Of a stretch of DNA of 27,354 nucleotides, positions 1 to 8,872 are shown piece by piece (the stretch's first letter is position 1; every line of letters begins with the position of its first letter). This stretch comes from Promethearchaeia archaeon. GTDB lineage: Archaea; Asgardarchaeota; Lokiarchaeia; Sigyniarchaeales; SOKP01. The notes beneath the pieces were generated by a model that worked only from the letters and a program-made list of their open reading frames with translations, did no database searches and was not told where the DNA came from. The stretch lies in the NCBI GenBank assembly GCA_029856145.1, contig JAHQWK010000021.1, forward strand, positions 1 to 27,354. The letters run 5' to 3'. The position numbers and the translations under genes are program-made.

Positions 1-1
1 C

Positions 2-1279
2 TTATTATGTGGTAAAAAAACATGCCCAATTCTATTAAAAAAGTCTGTAATGAAATCCTTAGTCCCTTTTGAATTAGATAAAACGAGAAGAGATGTTGAA
101 ATATTTGGAGCAAGTCCACCTGGATTTTTTGTAGGCCATTTCAATTATCCAAATGTTTACCTTGGACCATTAGTACCGTTTCAAGAATTTGAAACAGGAC
201 TTGACATATCAGATTATCATATTTTGGATGCTCCTGAACTTTGGTTTGGCAAAAAAATGGTTGATGTCATTCGGTATAGAAGCAGTTTAGTGAGAAGTAA
301 TTTTAAAACAAACGTATTTTTAGGTAGAAAGTCAAGAAAAAACACTCCTTCATTGAAAACGCAAAGATTCTTGGAAACTTCTCAGGAATTATCGATGGCC
401 GCGAGACCCGTAGATACCGAAACTAAATTGGAAAGAATGGATCTGAGGATGATGATGGATAATCATGCTTTACCAATGGGCCCTTCTGGAATGACAGAAA
501 GAATTAAAATTACAGAAAATACAAAGGTTCATCCTCAAGTGGATTATTGTGTTTCAGATACAGGCCTAAAAGCATCCAAAGCTGTTTCAGAAAATCTATA
601 TTTTAAAGGACACGTTCCTGAATCGACAATTAAAAGAGTCTTCTCAGCTGGACTTCTAGGTGAGAAAAAAAGGCGTAGAATTGTACCTACTAGATGGACA
701 ATCACTGCTGTGGATGATATAATTTCAAAAGCCTTAATTAAAGAAATTAAAAAATTTCCAGAAATAAATGATTACCGTATTTTTGAGGCGACTTATCTTG
801 ATAATCACTTTAAAATTCTATTATTTCCCGGGAAATTCATATATGAGATGAATGAAGTATGGGCACCTAATACCTTATGGAATATTTCTCTTGATGGCAA
901 AAATCATAATTTAAAACCACAAATAATGACTGATTTTGAATTTTACCGTGGAAGAAAATCCTATGCAAGTAATATAACAGGCGCTTATTATGCTGCCAGG
1001 AAATCAGTATGTGAATATCTATATAAAATCAAAAGACAAGCGAGAGTTCTCATTTTTCGAGAAGTGTCTGGAGGATATATAGTACCTTTGGGAGTCTGGG
1101 TAATAAGAGAAACTGTAAATAATGCTATGTTTACAACTGATCCAATTAAATTAGATAATTTTAATGATTCAGTAAAAGCAATGGCAGATGGGTTTATGGT
1201 TGATTATAAATATTGGAAACAAAGTAGCAAATTAATTAATTTCATTAAAACTCAAAAGACTCTAGATACCTTTTTATAA
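2..1279 (+). CDS. nreA: Nre-family archaeal DNA repair protein (DUF650/DUF651), 5'-truncated by the window edge
   Basis: The frame is open from base 2 (LLCGKKTCPILLKKSVM...), carrying part of the N-terminal Cys motif, so the true start lies before the window. Family motifs are GASPPGFFVGHFNYPNVYLGPL, VPTRWTITAVDD, GAYYAAR and YIVPLGVWVIRE. The C-terminus is a PIP box, QKTLDTFL. Confidence 0.9.
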   Translation, partial: LLCGKKTCPILLKKSVMKSLVPFELDKTRRDVEIFGASPPGFFVGHFNYPNVYLGPLVPFQEFETGLDISDYHILDAPELWFGKKMVDVIRYRSSLVRSNFKTNVFLGRKSRKNTPSLKTQRFLETSQELSMAARPVDTETKLERMDLRMMMDNHALPMGPSGMTERIKITENTKVHPQVDYCVSDTGLKASKAVSENLYFKGHVPESTIKRVFSAGLLGEKKRRRIVPTRWTITAVDDIISKALIKEIKKFPEINDYRIFEATYLDNHFKILLFPGKFIYEMNEVWAPNTLWNISLDGKNHNLKPQIMTDFEFYRGRKSYASNITGAYYAARKSVCEYLYKIKRQARVLIFREVSGGYIVPLGVWVIRETVNNAMFTTDPIKLDNFNDSVKAMADGFMVDYKYWKQSSKLINFIKTQKTLDTFL

Positions 1280-1354
1280 ATCCCACTACTTCGTTAAATA
1301 TTCAGTATTTTCTAAGTTTTATTAATCAATTGAAATTATTTAAGGTTTTAAAAA

Positions 1355-2212
1355 ATGGTTATAGATGTTCATGTTCACCCGTTTTGTAAAGAAGCTCACT
1401 ATGGTGATAAGAAAAAAATTGCAGATGTAATGAGTGGCTACAATCCACGTAAGTTGAAAGGAGTAATGCGCATGTTAAATGCTATAATGGAGCAATTCAC
1501 TTTGGAAGATTATATAGCAATAATGGATAAATTCAATGTAACTAAAGCTGTTATCGTTGCTTATGATGTTACTACAGCTTACGGGTTTGTTATGGGAACA
1601 AATGAAGACATAGCAGATTTCGTAAAGAAATTTCCCGATAGATTTATTGGATTTGGTTGTATTGATGTTCCTGCACCACAAGCAATGGACCAACTTGAGC
1701 ATGCTATTACATCTTTAAACTTAAAAGGTATTAAGCTAATACCACCGGTTCAAAAATTTGATTATTCCGATAAAAAATATGATCTTTTATGGCGAAAAAT
1801 GATTGATCTAAACATTCCACTATGGACTCATGGGGGTCATCAAACTTCTTTTTATGGTTCCATTGCAAAATATGGTCATCCCTTATTAATAGATGATCTT
1901 GCTTTAAGACATAAAGATTTAACCATTATAATCGGACATATGGGAGTTCCTTGGATGTGGGATGCTTGGTCTGTAGTATCGAGACATGAGAATGTTTATA
2001 TTGATATCTCTGCTTACCCAAATCTTTATAATTGGTTTCCTTGGGATGCTTTTATTACAGAAGATCTCTCCCATAAGATTCTTTTTGCTTCAGACTATCC
2101 TTTAATACACTATAGCCAAATTTTTAATGCCTTTGAGAAAGTTCAGATCAATGATTCCCTGAGAAAGGCAATTTTAGAAAAAAACGCTTCTAAATTATTA
2201 AGATTAAAATGA
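1355..2212 (+). CDS. Amidohydrolase-family (Amidohydro_2-like) metal-dependent hydrolase
   Basis: N-terminal DVHVH metal motif, GIKL, LWTHGG, IIGHMG, NVYIDIS and ILFASDYP, all typical of the TIM-barrel amidohydrolase_2 group. Confidence 0.9.
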   Translation: MVIDVHVHPFCKEAHYGDKKKIADVMSGYNPRKLKGVMRMLNAIMEQFTLEDYIAIMDKFNVTKAVIVAYDVTTAYGFVMGTNEDIADFVKKFPDRFIGFGCIDVPAPQAMDQLEHAITSLNLKGIKLIPPVQKFDYSDKKYDLLWRKMIDLNIPLWTHGGHQTSFYGSIAKYGHPLLIDDLALRHKDLTIIIGHMGVPWMWDAWSVVSRHENVYIDISAYPNLYNWFPWDAFITEDLSHKILFASDYPLIHYSQIFNAFEKVQINDSLRKAILEKNASKLLRLK

Positions 2213-2342
2213 AATTATATGTCTTAATTAAAAATAAATTTTTAAAACTTTAAAGGTATTCAAGTTAAATATATGATATAATTATAAAATTAATATTACA
2301 AATAATAATTAAAAAACAAAAGATTATAATTTGGTGAAATGT

Positions 2343-3545
2343 ATGGCTCTTGCGGGTGAAAAAGTAGGAATTCCTTCAGCAGACGAGGCGCCTATGATTG
2401 TAATGGCACGCTATAAACAGCCTCTTGCTGGATTTCTTTCTCTTCTAATTGTCTTTATCATAAGCATATTATCATGGTGGATTTTTTTTGATCCAAGATG
2501 GCATAGTCATAGGGTAGTACCTTATGCATCTGTAATTGGAGGTTTTGGATTAATTGGAATTATATGGGCAATTTGGTTTGAGAATTGGCCTTATTATAAT
2601 TGGTTTCGAACTCCTTGGAAGGTAGGTTTAGTAGGAACAGTGATTAATGCAGTAATAATCCTCCTTTTCACTCTTGTTTTATTGCCATGGTTTAATTCAT
2701 TCTATGGGGCTGAAATTTTAGATGATTATGTTGCATGGTATGTAGGTGCGTCTATATTTGGAGCATTAAGCGGTTCATTATTTTCATTTGCCGTACTTTG
2801 GGTTGCTGGTACAATGTATTGGCCTTTTTTTAAATACAAACAACCAAAACGGGGCGTAATTGTATGGATTATCGGAATGGCAATAACATTATTAGCTTGG
2901 TTTTTTCTATTTTTTCCAAATGGAAACAGGCAACCTACTGCATTAATAGTAACCGCTGTTAAAGGAATATATTATCCATTACCAAATTACCCTTTTTCTC
3001 TTGGATGGACGCAATATACAATTTTCTTTTCGTTATTAACAATGATGGTGTTTGAATATTGGCCTTGGAATAAATTGGGTAGGAAACAACCTTTTATGGG
3101 AATGATCGCATCCGCTGTTTGTGTAACATTAGGATTTTTAATCGCACTTTTTCAAGGATATATTGGTCAATATATATTCGAACCAATCTTTATCCTTCTA
3201 GGAGGAACCCCACCTGCTGATCCTTTCGCACGGATTACAGGGTGGTATTATATGAGTATATCATACGTCATTTTTTTAATATGCGCTGTTGTAGTAGTTT
3301 CACTGTTTTTTGATAATTGGCCAAAGAAATTTACTCAATGGAAAAATTTTGTTTTTCGCTTTTTAATTGTCGTTGGTCTTGGCACAGCGGGATTTTTTGG
3401 ATTTTATTTACTCGCTCCGATTATTTTTGGAGAACCAACTAATTTTTGGATAATAAATGCAACTCCATTTGTACTATTTTTTCTATGGATTGAACTTTTA
3501 TTTGCATATGTCTGGAGAAAATGGCCAATATATAGAGCAGTTTAA
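2343..3545 (+). CDS. Polytopic (~10 TM) membrane protein made of five QPxxG-TM-TM-FxxWP repeats; putative transporter
   Basis: About ten hydrophobic segments with repeated WFENWP, TMYWP, VFEYWP, FFDNWP and WRKWP motifs. The start is placed at ATG 2343 because GGTGA (2333-2337) lies 5 nt upstream; the ORF track uses TTG 2331. Confidence 0.75.
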   Translation: MALAGEKVGIPSADEAPMIVMARYKQPLAGFLSLLIVFIISILSWWIFFDPRWHSHRVVPYASVIGGFGLIGIIWAIWFENWPYYNWFRTPWKVGLVGTVINAVIILLFTLVLLPWFNSFYGAEILDDYVAWYVGASIFGALSGSLFSFAVLWVAGTMYWPFFKYKQPKRGVIVWIIGMAITLLAWFFLFFPNGNRQPTALIVTAVKGIYYPLPNYPFSLGWTQYTIFFSLLTMMVFEYWPWNKLGRKQPFMGMIASAVCVTLGFLIALFQGYIGQYIFEPIFILLGGTPPADPFARITGWYYMSISYVIFLICAVVVVSLFFDNWPKKFTQWKNFVFRFLIVVGLGTAGFFGFYLLAPIIFGEPTNFWIINATPFVLFFLWIELLFAYVWRKWPIYRAV

Positions 3546-3574
3546 TAATAGAACAGTATAGGTGATTCAATCAG

Positions 3575-5125
3575 ATGGTTAAAGCGGGAGAAAAATTGAT
3601 ACCAGATGATTTTTCTTGGATTGGAGATTGGGCTGGTCGCCGTGCTTTGCTCACACCTAACCGTGAAGCTATTGTCGATAATATAGAAAAAAATGTATAT
3701 ACATATAAAGAACTTGACCTTAGAGCGAATAAACTCGCACGGGTGTTGATGGATAATGGGATCTCAAAAGGTGATCGGGTTGCAATGTTCTCAACAAATA
3801 GAATTGAATGTATAGATCTATTTTTGGCGACAGCTAAGATCGGAGCAATATTAGTACCTTTTAATGTGAGATTATCAATTCAAGAACTAAATTACTTGAT
3901 TAACAAAACAAATCCATCTATTTTTTTCTATGAACCTAAGTTAAAAACTCAAACAATAGAAATAAAAGATAAAAATTTGGTTTCCAAATACGTAGTAATG
4001 GGCATAAAATCAATATTAAGTGATCCATCATCTCAAGATTTAACACAAAAAGTCTCAAATACCCCTATTGAAAGACCTATTATTAATTTTGAAGATCCAC
4101 ATCTAATTTTATTTACAGGTGGTACGACAGGGCTTCCTAAGGGAGCAACTATTCCACATAGACTTATTTTTTGGAATTCTGTAAATACAATCCTTTCATG
4201 GAGCTTGAGATCAGAAGATATTCAACCACTTCTATTTCCATTATTTCATACAGGAGGGTGGAATGTACTATTGGTTCCATTTTACCATCTTGGAGCTAAG
4301 ACAATATTGATGGGGGATTTTAATCCTAAAGTAACTATTGAAGTTATAGAACGAGAAAAATCTACAATTGTAATTGGAGTTCCAACTATGTTTCATTTGA
4401 TGGCAAACACTTCACAATTCAAATCTACTAATTTTGAGTCCGTTAGGATATTTATATCTGGAGGTGCACCATGTCCAGTTGCTATTATGGAAAACTATTG
4501 GGCTAAAAATAAGCCATTCAAAATGGGATACGGATTAACTGAAGTGGGGCCTAATAATTTTTACTTACCTGAAGATAAAATTAAACAAAAACCCACTTCT
4601 GTTGGTTTACCAGTAATTCACTGTGATATGAAAATCATCGATACGAAAACAGACGAAGTCGTAAAACAAGGAGAAGTTGGAGAGCTCTTACTTAAAGGAC
4701 CTCATATCTTTTCTGGATACTGGGACGAACCTGAAGAAACCAAAAAAACTATAGAACCAGATGGTTGGGTACATACAGGAGACCTAGCTATGCAAGATAA
4801 TGAAGGATTTTATTATATTGTAGGTCGTAGAAAAGAAATGTATATTAGTGGTGGAGAAAATGTTTATCCTGTCGAAATTGAAGAAATACTTTTTAAACAT
4901 CCTGCTATTGATTTAGCAGCTGTTATTGGTGTACCTGATGAAAAATGGGGAGAAGTGGGTAAAGCTTTCCTAACTCTAAAACCAGGGAAACTATTACAGG
5001 AAAACGAAATTCGAGAGTATTTATTAGATAAACTTGCCAAGTATAAGATTCCTAAATATATTGAAGTTAGGGATTCTTTACCAACAAGTGCTACTGGTAA
5101 AATCTTAAAAAGAGATCTAGAATAG
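3575..5125 (+). CDS. Long-chain fatty acid-CoA ligase / AMP-dependent acyl-CoA synthetase (ANL superfamily)
   Basis: AMP-binding motif FTGGTTGLPKG, plus GYGLTE, GWVHTGDLA, GRRKEMYISGGENVYPVEIE and the terminal TGKILK. GGTGA SD at 3561-3565. Confidence 0.95.
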   Translation: MVKAGEKLIPDDFSWIGDWAGRRALLTPNREAIVDNIEKNVYTYKELDLRANKLARVLMDNGISKGDRVAMFSTNRIECIDLFLATAKIGAILVPFNVRLSIQELNYLINKTNPSIFFYEPKLKTQTIEIKDKNLVSKYVVMGIKSILSDPSSQDLTQKVSNTPIERPIINFEDPHLILFTGGTTGLPKGATIPHRLIFWNSVNTILSWSLRSEDIQPLLFPLFHTGGWNVLLVPFYHLGAKTILMGDFNPKVTIEVIEREKSTIVIGVPTMFHLMANTSQFKSTNFESVRIFISGGAPCPVAIMENYWAKNKPFKMGYGLTEVGPNNFYLPEDKIKQKPTSVGLPVIHCDMKIIDTKTDEVVKQGEVGELLLKGPHIFSGYWDEPEETKKTIEPDGWVHTGDLAMQDNEGFYYIVGRRKEMYISGGENVYPVEIEEILFKHPAIDLAAVIGVPDEKWGEVGKAFLTLKPGKLLQENEIREYLLDKLAKYKIPKYIEVRDSLPTSATGKILKRDLE

Positions 5126-5138
5126 GTGGATATTAAAA

Positions 5139-6158
5139 ATGGAATTCCGACCAGTTGGTTTAGAATCATGGGGGATATATCTTCCTAAACAAAAACACAC
5201 GAGCGATTATATCTCTCAAGAGACAGGAATCCCTAAAGATATTTTAGAAGACAAATTTGGTCTTAAAAGCAAATCTGTTCCAGGTCCTGATGATCATACT
5301 GTAGCTATGGGTGCTAAAGCAAGTTTTCAAGCTCTTGAAAGAGCTAATATTACAGCTAATGATTTAGACCTAATTATTTGGGCTGGCGAAGTATACGCAG
5401 AAAGACCTATGATGACTTATGGGATTAAACTCCAACAACTTTTAGGAAACCCCACGAAACCATGGGCCTTTGATATAAATCAAAGATGTGGTACGTTTTT
5501 GGTTGGAATGCTATTAGCAAAAAGCTTAATACAAACAGATTCAAATATAAAAAGAGTGTTAGTTGCTAGTGGTTATAGAAATTCTGATTTAATTAACTAT
5601 AAAAATCAAAATTCCAGATTTATGATTAGTCTTGCTGCGAGTGGAGCGGCTGCTATATTAAAAGGGGATTATAAAAAAAATGAAATATTAGGAATTTCTG
5701 CAATTTCTGATGGTAGATTCGCTGATGATGTTTATGTACCCGCGGGGGGAACTATTAAACCAATATCAAAGGAAGCAATAGATAAAGATTTAATTTACTT
5801 AGATGTTCCTGATCCTGAAGGGTTAAAAGAAAGGTTGGACAAATTTTCAATGAATGCATTTGTTAAAGTAATAGATGTTGCTTTACAACAGTCTGGCTAT
5901 ACAAGGGAAGATATCGACTATTTAGCACTGTTACATATGAAAAGAAGTGCTTTTGAATATGTTGCTAAAGCTGTTGGAATAGATCCATATAAGCAAGCAA
6001 CTTATTTTGAAGAAATTGGTCATAATGGTCAAAATGATGGGATTATCTCATTAGAATTTGGCTTAAAAAGTGGTAAAATCAAAAATGGAGATATTATAGT
6101 TCTCACAGCTGCAGGAATTGGCTGGGCTTGGAATGCAGGAGTAATTAAGTGGGGCTGA
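5139..6158 (+). CDS. FabH-like (3-oxoacyl-ACP synthase III family) condensing enzyme, Cys-His-His variant
   Basis: GIYLP N-terminus, AFDINQRCG (catalytic Cys), LLHMK (catalytic His), GHNGQND in place of the FabH GNT motif, and C-terminal AAGIGWAW. It starts 13 nt after the ligase stop. Confidence 0.88.
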   Translation: MEFRPVGLESWGIYLPKQKHTSDYISQETGIPKDILEDKFGLKSKSVPGPDDHTVAMGAKASFQALERANITANDLDLIIWAGEVYAERPMMTYGIKLQQLLGNPTKPWAFDINQRCGTFLVGMLLAKSLIQTDSNIKRVLVASGYRNSDLINYKNQNSRFMISLAASGAAAILKGDYKKNEILGISAISDGRFADDVYVPAGGTIKPISKEAIDKDLIYLDVPDPEGLKERLDKFSMNAFVKVIDVALQQSGYTREDIDYLALLHMKRSAFEYVAKAVGIDPYKQATYFEEIGHNGQNDGIISLEFGLKSGKIKNGDIIVLTAAGIGWAWNAGVIKWG

Positions 6159-6193
6159 TTAACCTAGATTTAATTTTATTAAGATAATTTATT

Positions 6194-6970
6194 TTATTTT
6201 TCCCAAAAATTTAGTACAAGATCATTGAATTCTTTTGGATGATCGAAAATCGTTAAATGTCCAGCATCTGGCATTATAACTAATTCTGATTGAGGTAACC
6301 ATTCATGGATCATTTCACTAGCCCAAACTGGAGTAGTTATATCTTTTTTACCAACTAATACTAAAACTGGAATGTTTAACGACTTTAAATTTTCACATAT
6401 ATTGAATCCTGCTGATGCTGCAGTAGCCCGAAGGCAATCTGTTTTAGTCATATGATCAGTGACTAATTTAGCCACAAATTCAGCAGTGTTTTCATCAAAT
6501 GGGCTTAATCCCCTTACACTAATTCCTCTAGCGAAATCTTCAAGTTTATTACTATTAATACGACCTAAAACATCAGTAATAGCCTCTTGACTAATGAAAC
6601 AAAAGCTATCCGCGACAATCATCTTTTTTACATGGGATAGATTTTCAATTCCATACACAAGAGCTATCATGCCACCAAGAGAATGTCCAACTAAATAAAG
6701 ATTTTCAGTCCAGTTAAGATGAGTGAGTAGTGCGCGTAGATCATCTACATAATTTCTAATAGTAAACCGTTTTTTAGGTTTAGTTGTTCTTCCATGGCCC
6801 CGTAAATCAAATCGCAATAGGTTAAATTTTGATTCAAAAAATGGTAATTGATCCCTCCAGCAATCACTATTCAAGAACAATCCATGAATTAGTACTATTT
6901 TTGGTGCATTAATTTGACCACTTATTTCATAAGCAATTTCAAATCCTTTTTCTGGTGAATATGATTGTAT
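6194..6970 (-). CDS. Alpha/beta-fold hydrolase (esterase/thioesterase/lactonase-like)
   Basis: DLRGHG, nucleophile GHSLGG, acid GKKD and base AGH. The frame extends 30 codons above the ORF-track start (IQSYSPEKGFEIAYEISGQINAPKIVLIHG), which includes the oxyanion HG motif. The start is inferred at ATA 6970 (or ATC 6973) behind AGGTGAT. Confidence 0.88.
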   Translation of the reverse strand: MQSYSPEKGFEIAYEISGQINAPKIVLIHGLFLNSDCWRDQLPFFESKFNLLRFDLRGHGRTTKPKKRFTIRNYVDDLRALLTHLNWTENLYLVGHSLGGMIALVYGIENLSHVKKMIVADSFCFISQEAITDVLGRINSNKLEDFARGISVRGLSPFDENTAEFVAKLVTDHMTKTDCLRATAASAGFNICENLKSLNIPVLVLVGKKDITTPVWASEMIHEWLPQSELVIMPDAGHLTIFDHPKEFNDLVLNFWEK

Positions 6971-6976
6971 GATTTA

Positions 6977-6983
6977 ATCACCT
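6977..6983 (-). promoter_or_regulatory. Shine-Dalgarno AGGTGAT for the alpha/beta hydrolase
   Basis: Forward ATCACCT at 6977-6983, 6 nt above ATA 6970. The same GGTGA core precedes the genes at 2343 and 3575. Confidence 0.7.
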
Positions 6984-7202
6984 ATTATAAGATTAATTCT
7001 TCCAATTATTATCTCTCTGATTAAATTAAATAGTCTAAATATAGCTTATTTTTTAAATCATTTATATTTTAAAGGTTCAAATTTAATGAACTAAATAGTA
7101 AATATTTTATCTTTCATTAAGAAATATTTAAATAATAGGCTAATGCATATTATCATAAATTTATCTAATAAATATAAGAAATAAATAAACGTGAATTTTA
7201 AT

Positions 7203-8021
7203 ATGAAAAAATCGAAATATGCATTAATTGGTTCTATATTAATTTTAGCGATGATGTTAGGCCAAATTACAACTGTTAGAGGTACTACATATTCTTGTGC
7301 GGGTGTAGTTGGCGCGGAAGCTGTCTGGAGGGTAAAAACTGTACATAATGGTTCATTAGCAAATATTTTTGGTGCGAGTCCCACATGGGAGAGTGCAATT
7401 CAAACTTCTTTTGGACCTGACTCTCATAAAGTGGGTGCTAGATTGAAAACAGTGGTAGCTAGTGTAAATGCTAGTGAAATGATGCCTACACCTATTGGGT
7501 TCGTTGAACTATGCTTAATATATTCAGATCTATGGGTATGGACAACATCAGATTTTGCGAGTACACCTGATATTAATGATACTATGACTCTGATTTGGAT
7601 GCATCCAGAAAATCTAACTCTAATTTGTCAAACCACCAGTGGTTTTACTCGGAATGTTTCTCAAGTATGGGCATTTCCCTTCTTAAATGCCCTTCCTGTT
7701 CCCGCAGCGACATACTTATCTGAACTTATTTGGGACAATGATTATTCTGTTTCGGGTACAACAGTCACTCATAACCTCGTTGCTCCCTATGTGGGTTTAG
7801 GAGCGGTGTTTTTAGTAGATTGTACTGAAAGTTGGAGATATTCTAATTCATATGGAACATTTTTGGGTTATAAATTAGTTCACAATAATGGAACAGTAGC
7901 TTATGAAACAGTAATAGAAACAGCAGGAGGAATCCCCGGTTTTGAACTTCCCATTGTAATAAGTGTTTCTATGGGGATTATGATAAGTTTAATTTATGTA
8001 GTGATGAAAAAGAAACGATAA
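7203..8021 (+). CDS. Secreted/cell-surface protein with C-terminal IPGF-TM-basic sorting signal (PGF/Loki-CTERM-like)
   Basis: Signal peptide MKKSKYALIGSILILAMMLGQITTVRG, several N-X-S/T sequons, and C-terminus GGIPGFELPIVISVSMGIMISLIYVVMKKKR. ATG 7203 is preferred over GTG 7191. Confidence 0.8.
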   Translation: MKKSKYALIGSILILAMMLGQITTVRGTTYSCAGVVGAEAVWRVKTVHNGSLANIFGASPTWESAIQTSFGPDSHKVGARLKTVVASVNASEMMPTPIGFVELCLIYSDLWVWTTSDFASTPDINDTMTLIWMHPENLTLICQTTSGFTRNVSQVWAFPFLNALPVPAATYLSELIWDNDYSVSGTTVTHNLVAPYVGLGAVFLVDCTESWRYSNSYGTFLGYKLVHNNGTVAYETVIETAGGIPGFELPIVISVSMGIMISLIYVVMKKKR

Positions 8022-8166
8022 AAATAAAATATTAATTATAAATTTAATTTTCTTTTTTTATATATTTTCTTTCAAAAAGTCTTATCAATAATCTTTCTAA
8101 ATATATATTATATAATTTTGTTGTTTTTACCGACTTTTTTAAACAGAAAATATAAGGTTTTCACGG

Positions 8167-8685
8167 ATGAGTAATGAAACTATAACAAATGAAGAGAAAT
8201 CATTAGGTTATTCACAAAGAAGCGTTAGTATTAAGATTGCTTTAATAGCTATTACTGCTGCTTTATATACTGCTTTAGGTTATGTGTTCCAGCCTATAAG
8301 TTTTTTAGAATTACAATTCCGTGTAGCTGAATTAATCGTAGGAATGTGTATCATCTTTCCATTTGAGGGATTAGTTGGAAATGTATTAGGAGTTTTTTTT
8401 GTCAATTTAACTTCTCCTTTAGGTCCTATAGATTTAATTAGCTGTTTTGTAAATATACCGGCTTTGTATTGTATTATCGTTTTTAGAGATAAGCGCTATT
8501 TAAAATATTTAGGCGGTTTATTATATGCAATTATAATCTCGATATATGTTGCGATAATCCTGTATATTGCTCTTAGTTTGCCAATTTTGTTAAACTTTTT
8601 CTATGTTTTGATTCCAGAGGTAATTTTAGCAACACTAGGAATAATACTTTTTGATATTATCAAAAAGCGATTTAATATAGGATAA
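8167..8685 (+). CDS. queT: QueT-family (ECF S-component-like) 7-deazaguanine precursor transporter
   Basis: IALIAITAALYTAL...PISFLELQFRVAE, then SPLGPID, which is the QueT/COG4708 signature. About 5 TM, 172 aa. Confidence 0.82.
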   Translation: MSNETITNEEKSLGYSQRSVSIKIALIAITAALYTALGYVFQPISFLELQFRVAELIVGMCIIFPFEGLVGNVLGVFFVNLTSPLGPIDLISCFVNIPALYCIIVFRDKRYLKYLGGLLYAIIISIYVAIILYIALSLPILLNFFYVLIPEVILATLGIILFDIIKKRFNIG

Positions 8686-8872
8686 AAGAATCATTTAAAA
8701 ATTAAGAGTGTGGTATTTTCGTTTTCCTTTCTTTCTGGCTATCATTTTACATCAACATATCAAGTATATTCTGTTAAATTAGAAAACCTAATTTTAAAAG
8801 TATAATATTTCATTTGTTTATCAAATATTTTTTGTAAAAATCTATAAAAACAAATTTAAAAGGAAGATTTTA

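Noticed and set aside
1475-1702. 75-aa minus-strand ORF
   Set aside because: Antisense shadow inside the amidohydrolase gene; no motif.
4864-5169. 101-aa minus-strand ORF
   Set aside because: Antisense to the ligase/FabH junction; composition reflects the opposite-strand codons.
5139-6158. HMG-CoA synthase as an alternative identity
   Set aside because: Lacks the HMGS catalytic Glu context and (F/Q)AC motif, and is not next to a thiolase/DUF35 pair.
7091-7384. 97-aa minus-strand ORF
   Set aside because: Antisense to the surface-protein start and runs into AT-rich promoter DNA.
8695-8745. 16-aa basic micro-ORF MIARKKGKRKYHTLNF on the minus strand, resembling a wHTH wing
   Set aside because: Too short, no SD, upstream frame closed by stops; it cannot be distinguished from chance in a pyrimidine-rich terminator region.
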